Source: Candidatus Heimdallarchaeota archaeon
GTDB taxonomy: Archaea > Asgardarchaeota > Heimdallarchaeia > JABLTI01
Assembly: GCA_030614005.1 (NCBI GenBank)
Contig: JAUWKS010000099.1
Location: 1 to 8,481, forward strand
Direction: 5' to 3'
Length of the DNA stretch: 8,481 bases
Shown here piece by piece: positions 6,922-8,481 of this stretch. The stretch's first letter is position 1. The number at the start of each line of letters is the position of its first letter. The notes under the pieces were generated by a model that ran no database searches, was not told where the DNA came from, and saw nothing but the letters and a program-made list of their open reading frames with translations. Position numbers and translations under genes: made by a program.

Positions 6922-8223
6922 TTAAATTGTCCACTTTGATTGCTCTTCCTTTTTAGATTTACTTGTTCTGATATCTCTAGTAAGCAATATAATTGCTGTT
7001 ATCATAGCTGCTATTGCAAGTAAGAATAGGAACCCTATTCCCCAAATAATTGCTGTATTATCTAATATTAACCCGAAGATCCATGGAAACAGTGCAGCTA
7101 CGAGACTTGGGAAAGCAAAGAGTAAACTTATCCCTGTAGTCCTCGAACTTTGAGGAACATTTTCTGCTACATACTTGGTCCCTGCTGTAGCTGAAAAATA
7201 TAAGAAACCTATGAAAATAAAATAGAGTGTTATTATCCAGAAATTAGAGATTGTTGATCCTAATAAGAAGATGATTAGTAATATTACAGCAGATCCTCCC
7301 ATAGAAATTATCATTGTCAAGCTTGTTTTGAATTTATCACTAAAAATACCACCTAAAATTGCCGTTAGACCTCCAATTACAAGAAGAATAACAGTAATCC
7401 AACCCGCTTCAAAAATTGGAAAGCTATAGAGGTCAACGAAAATTATTGATAACCATTGAGTAGTGATTTTGAATATTCCTGATCTAAAAGCTGAGTAGAA
7501 TAAACAAGTTATTACGGCAAAAGATATGATAACAACTAAATCAGTTCTAAACCATTTTTTAACTTTATCAGTGCTATTCAAAGATTTACTCTCTTCATGT
7601 TTTTTGACTTCTTCCACTGTAAACCTATAATCTATCAATTTGTTCATGGCAAAGTACATTAGAACGCCTAATACAAGTCCAATGGCGCCAAAAATAATAA
7701 AGAATGTTCTCCATCCAACTAATCGGTCAAATGTTACAACTAAACCAGGAGTGATAGAAGTTCCAATCATCCCAAGTCCAGCGTTTAAAGCCATAGTTAA
7801 CCCTTTCTTGTCTTCATAAAGATCTGCAATTGCAGCATAAGCAACAGGATGATAAAATGATGCTCCTATTCCCACTGTTATAGCTGAAATTATTATCACA
7901 GTAACACCCCATCTTCCTTCTGGAGTATAAGCTGCTATGAATAGATGAACTGCCATGAGAACTATCCCAATGGGTATGAAAATTTTCTTGCTTTTTAGCC
8001 ATCTATCTCCTACTATGCCAACTGCTAGAGAGAACGCTGCAAAAACTAACATTTGCACCATACTTATCATACCTACCTGTCCAGCTGTGAGATTCATTTC
8101 TGATGGTAATCTAATAACCAGCATAGCAGCTGCCAGAACATATGCATAAAAATGATTTAAGAAATGACCAAATATTAGAACAACAAGAGCCAATATAGGG
8201 TTAGAGCTTTTGATTTCTGGCAT
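6922..8223 (-). CDS. Major facilitator superfamily transporter (FsR-like), substrate unknown
   Basis: 433 aa, about 12 hydrophobic helices, motif-A-like GIVGDRW and GGIFSDKF, TM1 HFLNHFY and GIGASFYHP resembling FsR-type MFS proteins. Confidence 0.92.
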   Translation of the reverse strand: MPEIKSSNPILALVVLIFGHFLNHFYAYVLAAAMLVIRLPSEMNLTAGQVGMISMVQMLVFAAFSLAVGIVGDRWLKSKKIFIPIGIVLMAVHLFIAAYTPEGRWGVTVIIISAITVGIGASFYHPVAYAAIADLYEDKKGLTMALNAGLGMIGTSITPGLVVTFDRLVGWRTFFIIFGAIGLVLGVLMYFAMNKLIDYRFTVEEVKKHEESKSLNSTDKVKKWFRTDLVVIISFAVITCLFYSAFRSGIFKITTQWLSIIFVDLYSFPIFEAGWITVILLVIGGLTAILGGIFSDKFKTSLTMIISMGGSAVILLIIFLLGSTISNFWIITLYFIFIGFLYFSATAGTKYVAENVPQSSRTTGISLLFAFPSLVAALFPWIFGLILDNTAIIWGIGFLFLLAIAAMITAIILLTRDIRTSKSKKEEQSKWTI

Positions 8224-8246
8224 TAAATGGTTGGAATTTTAATTAG

Positions 8247-8260
8247 TTAAAAAGTTTATC
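8247..8260 (-). promoter_or_regulatory. Putative BRE-TATA promoter for the MFS gene
   Basis: Minus strand reads GATAAA-CTTTTTAA: purine-rich BRE-like segment next to a TATA-like box 24-31 nt upstream of ATG 8223. Confidence 0.55.
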
Positions 8261-8277
8261 GTAACGAGCTTAAACTT
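8252..8277. repeat. Inverted repeat AAGTTTA-N12-TAAACTT with nested TCGT-A-ACGA
   Basis: 8252-8258 is the reverse complement of 8271-8277, and 8259-8262 of 8264-8267. Confidence 0.6.
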
Positions 8278-8286
8278 CAAACTAGG

Positions 8287-8305
8287 TTGCTTATGTAATA
8301 AGCAA
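8287..8305. repeat. Perfect 8-3-8 inverted repeat TTGCTTAT-GTA-ATAAGCAA (candidate operator)
   Basis: 8287-8294 is the exact reverse complement of 8298-8305, in the divergent MFS/GTPase intergenic region. Confidence 0.7.
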
Positions 8306-8335
8306 GTTTTTTAGAAACGAAGTATTTTTTAGTGT

Positions 8336-8481
8336 GTGGCAAAATCTGAATTCGTTTTCAAAATCACTTTAATTGGTGACGGTGCTGTAGGTAAGACATC
8401 TATTCGTAATCGTTACATGGGTCGTGGTTTCAAAGAGTCACATTTGATGACTCTGGGAGCTGATTTCAGTGTAATTGACAA
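8336..8481 (+). CDS. Rab-like (Ras superfamily) small GTPase, 3'-truncated by window edge
   Basis: GTG 8336 follows an in-frame TAG (8330-8332) and TGT. Translation VAKSEFVFKITLIGDGAVGKTSIRNRYMGRGFKESHLMTLGADFSVID: G1 P-loop GDGAVGKT, Ras-F28-equivalent Phe, switch I Thr, RabF1-like LGADF. Not in the supplied ORF track. Confidence 0.93.
   Translation, partial: MAKSEFVFKITLIGDGAVGKTSIRNRYMGRGFKESHLMTLGADFSVID

Noticed and set aside
7814-8149. ORFs 7814-8002 (-) and 7955-8149 (+), the first Cys-rich
   Set aside because: Both lie inside the MFS gene. The Cys run comes from out-of-frame reading of Val/Ala codons, and the plus ORF is an antisense shadow.
2800-8481. Idea that the prenyltransferase-like protein prenylates the Rab-like GTPase
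   Set aside because: The genes are about 4.5 kb apart with unrelated genes between them, the protein lacks the DxC zinc motif of GGTase/FTase beta subunits, no alpha subunit is seen, and the GTPase C-terminus is outside the window.
1-8481. CRISPR arrays, tRNA/rRNA genes, IS elements or integrases
   Set aside because: No periodic repeats, cloverleaf-like segments, transposase motifs or terminal repeats were seen, and intergenic gaps are at most about 300 nt. A covariance-model scan would be needed to exclude small ncRNAs.

Overview
AT-rich window that looks archaeal: BRE/TATA-like promoters, GTG/TTG starts, and a Rab-like small GTPase starting at the right edge point to an Asgard archaeon (inference). 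Gene order: 3' part of a CcdA-like membrane protein (+); secreted membrane-anchored protein P1 (+); MBL-fold hydrolase (-); MNT-HEPN toxin-antitoxin pair (+); prenyltransferase/squalene-cyclase-repeat protein (-); secreted membrane-anchored protein P2 (+); membrane-bound pyrophosphatase HppA (-); MFS transporter (-); 5' part of a Rab-like GTPase (+, absent from the ORF track). The strongest unexpected signals are: (1) P1 and P2 are clear paralogs with different cysteine motifs and different C-terminal anchors, and P1 lies 1 nt after ccdA; (2) HppA keeps its catalytic motifs but lacks the normally conserved TM16 ion-gate lysine and has other gate changes; (3) the GTPase shares a divergent promoter with the MFS gene that holds two inverted repeats. 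No rRNA, tRNA, CRISPR array or transposase was seen. Family calls come from motif recognition by eye, not database searches.
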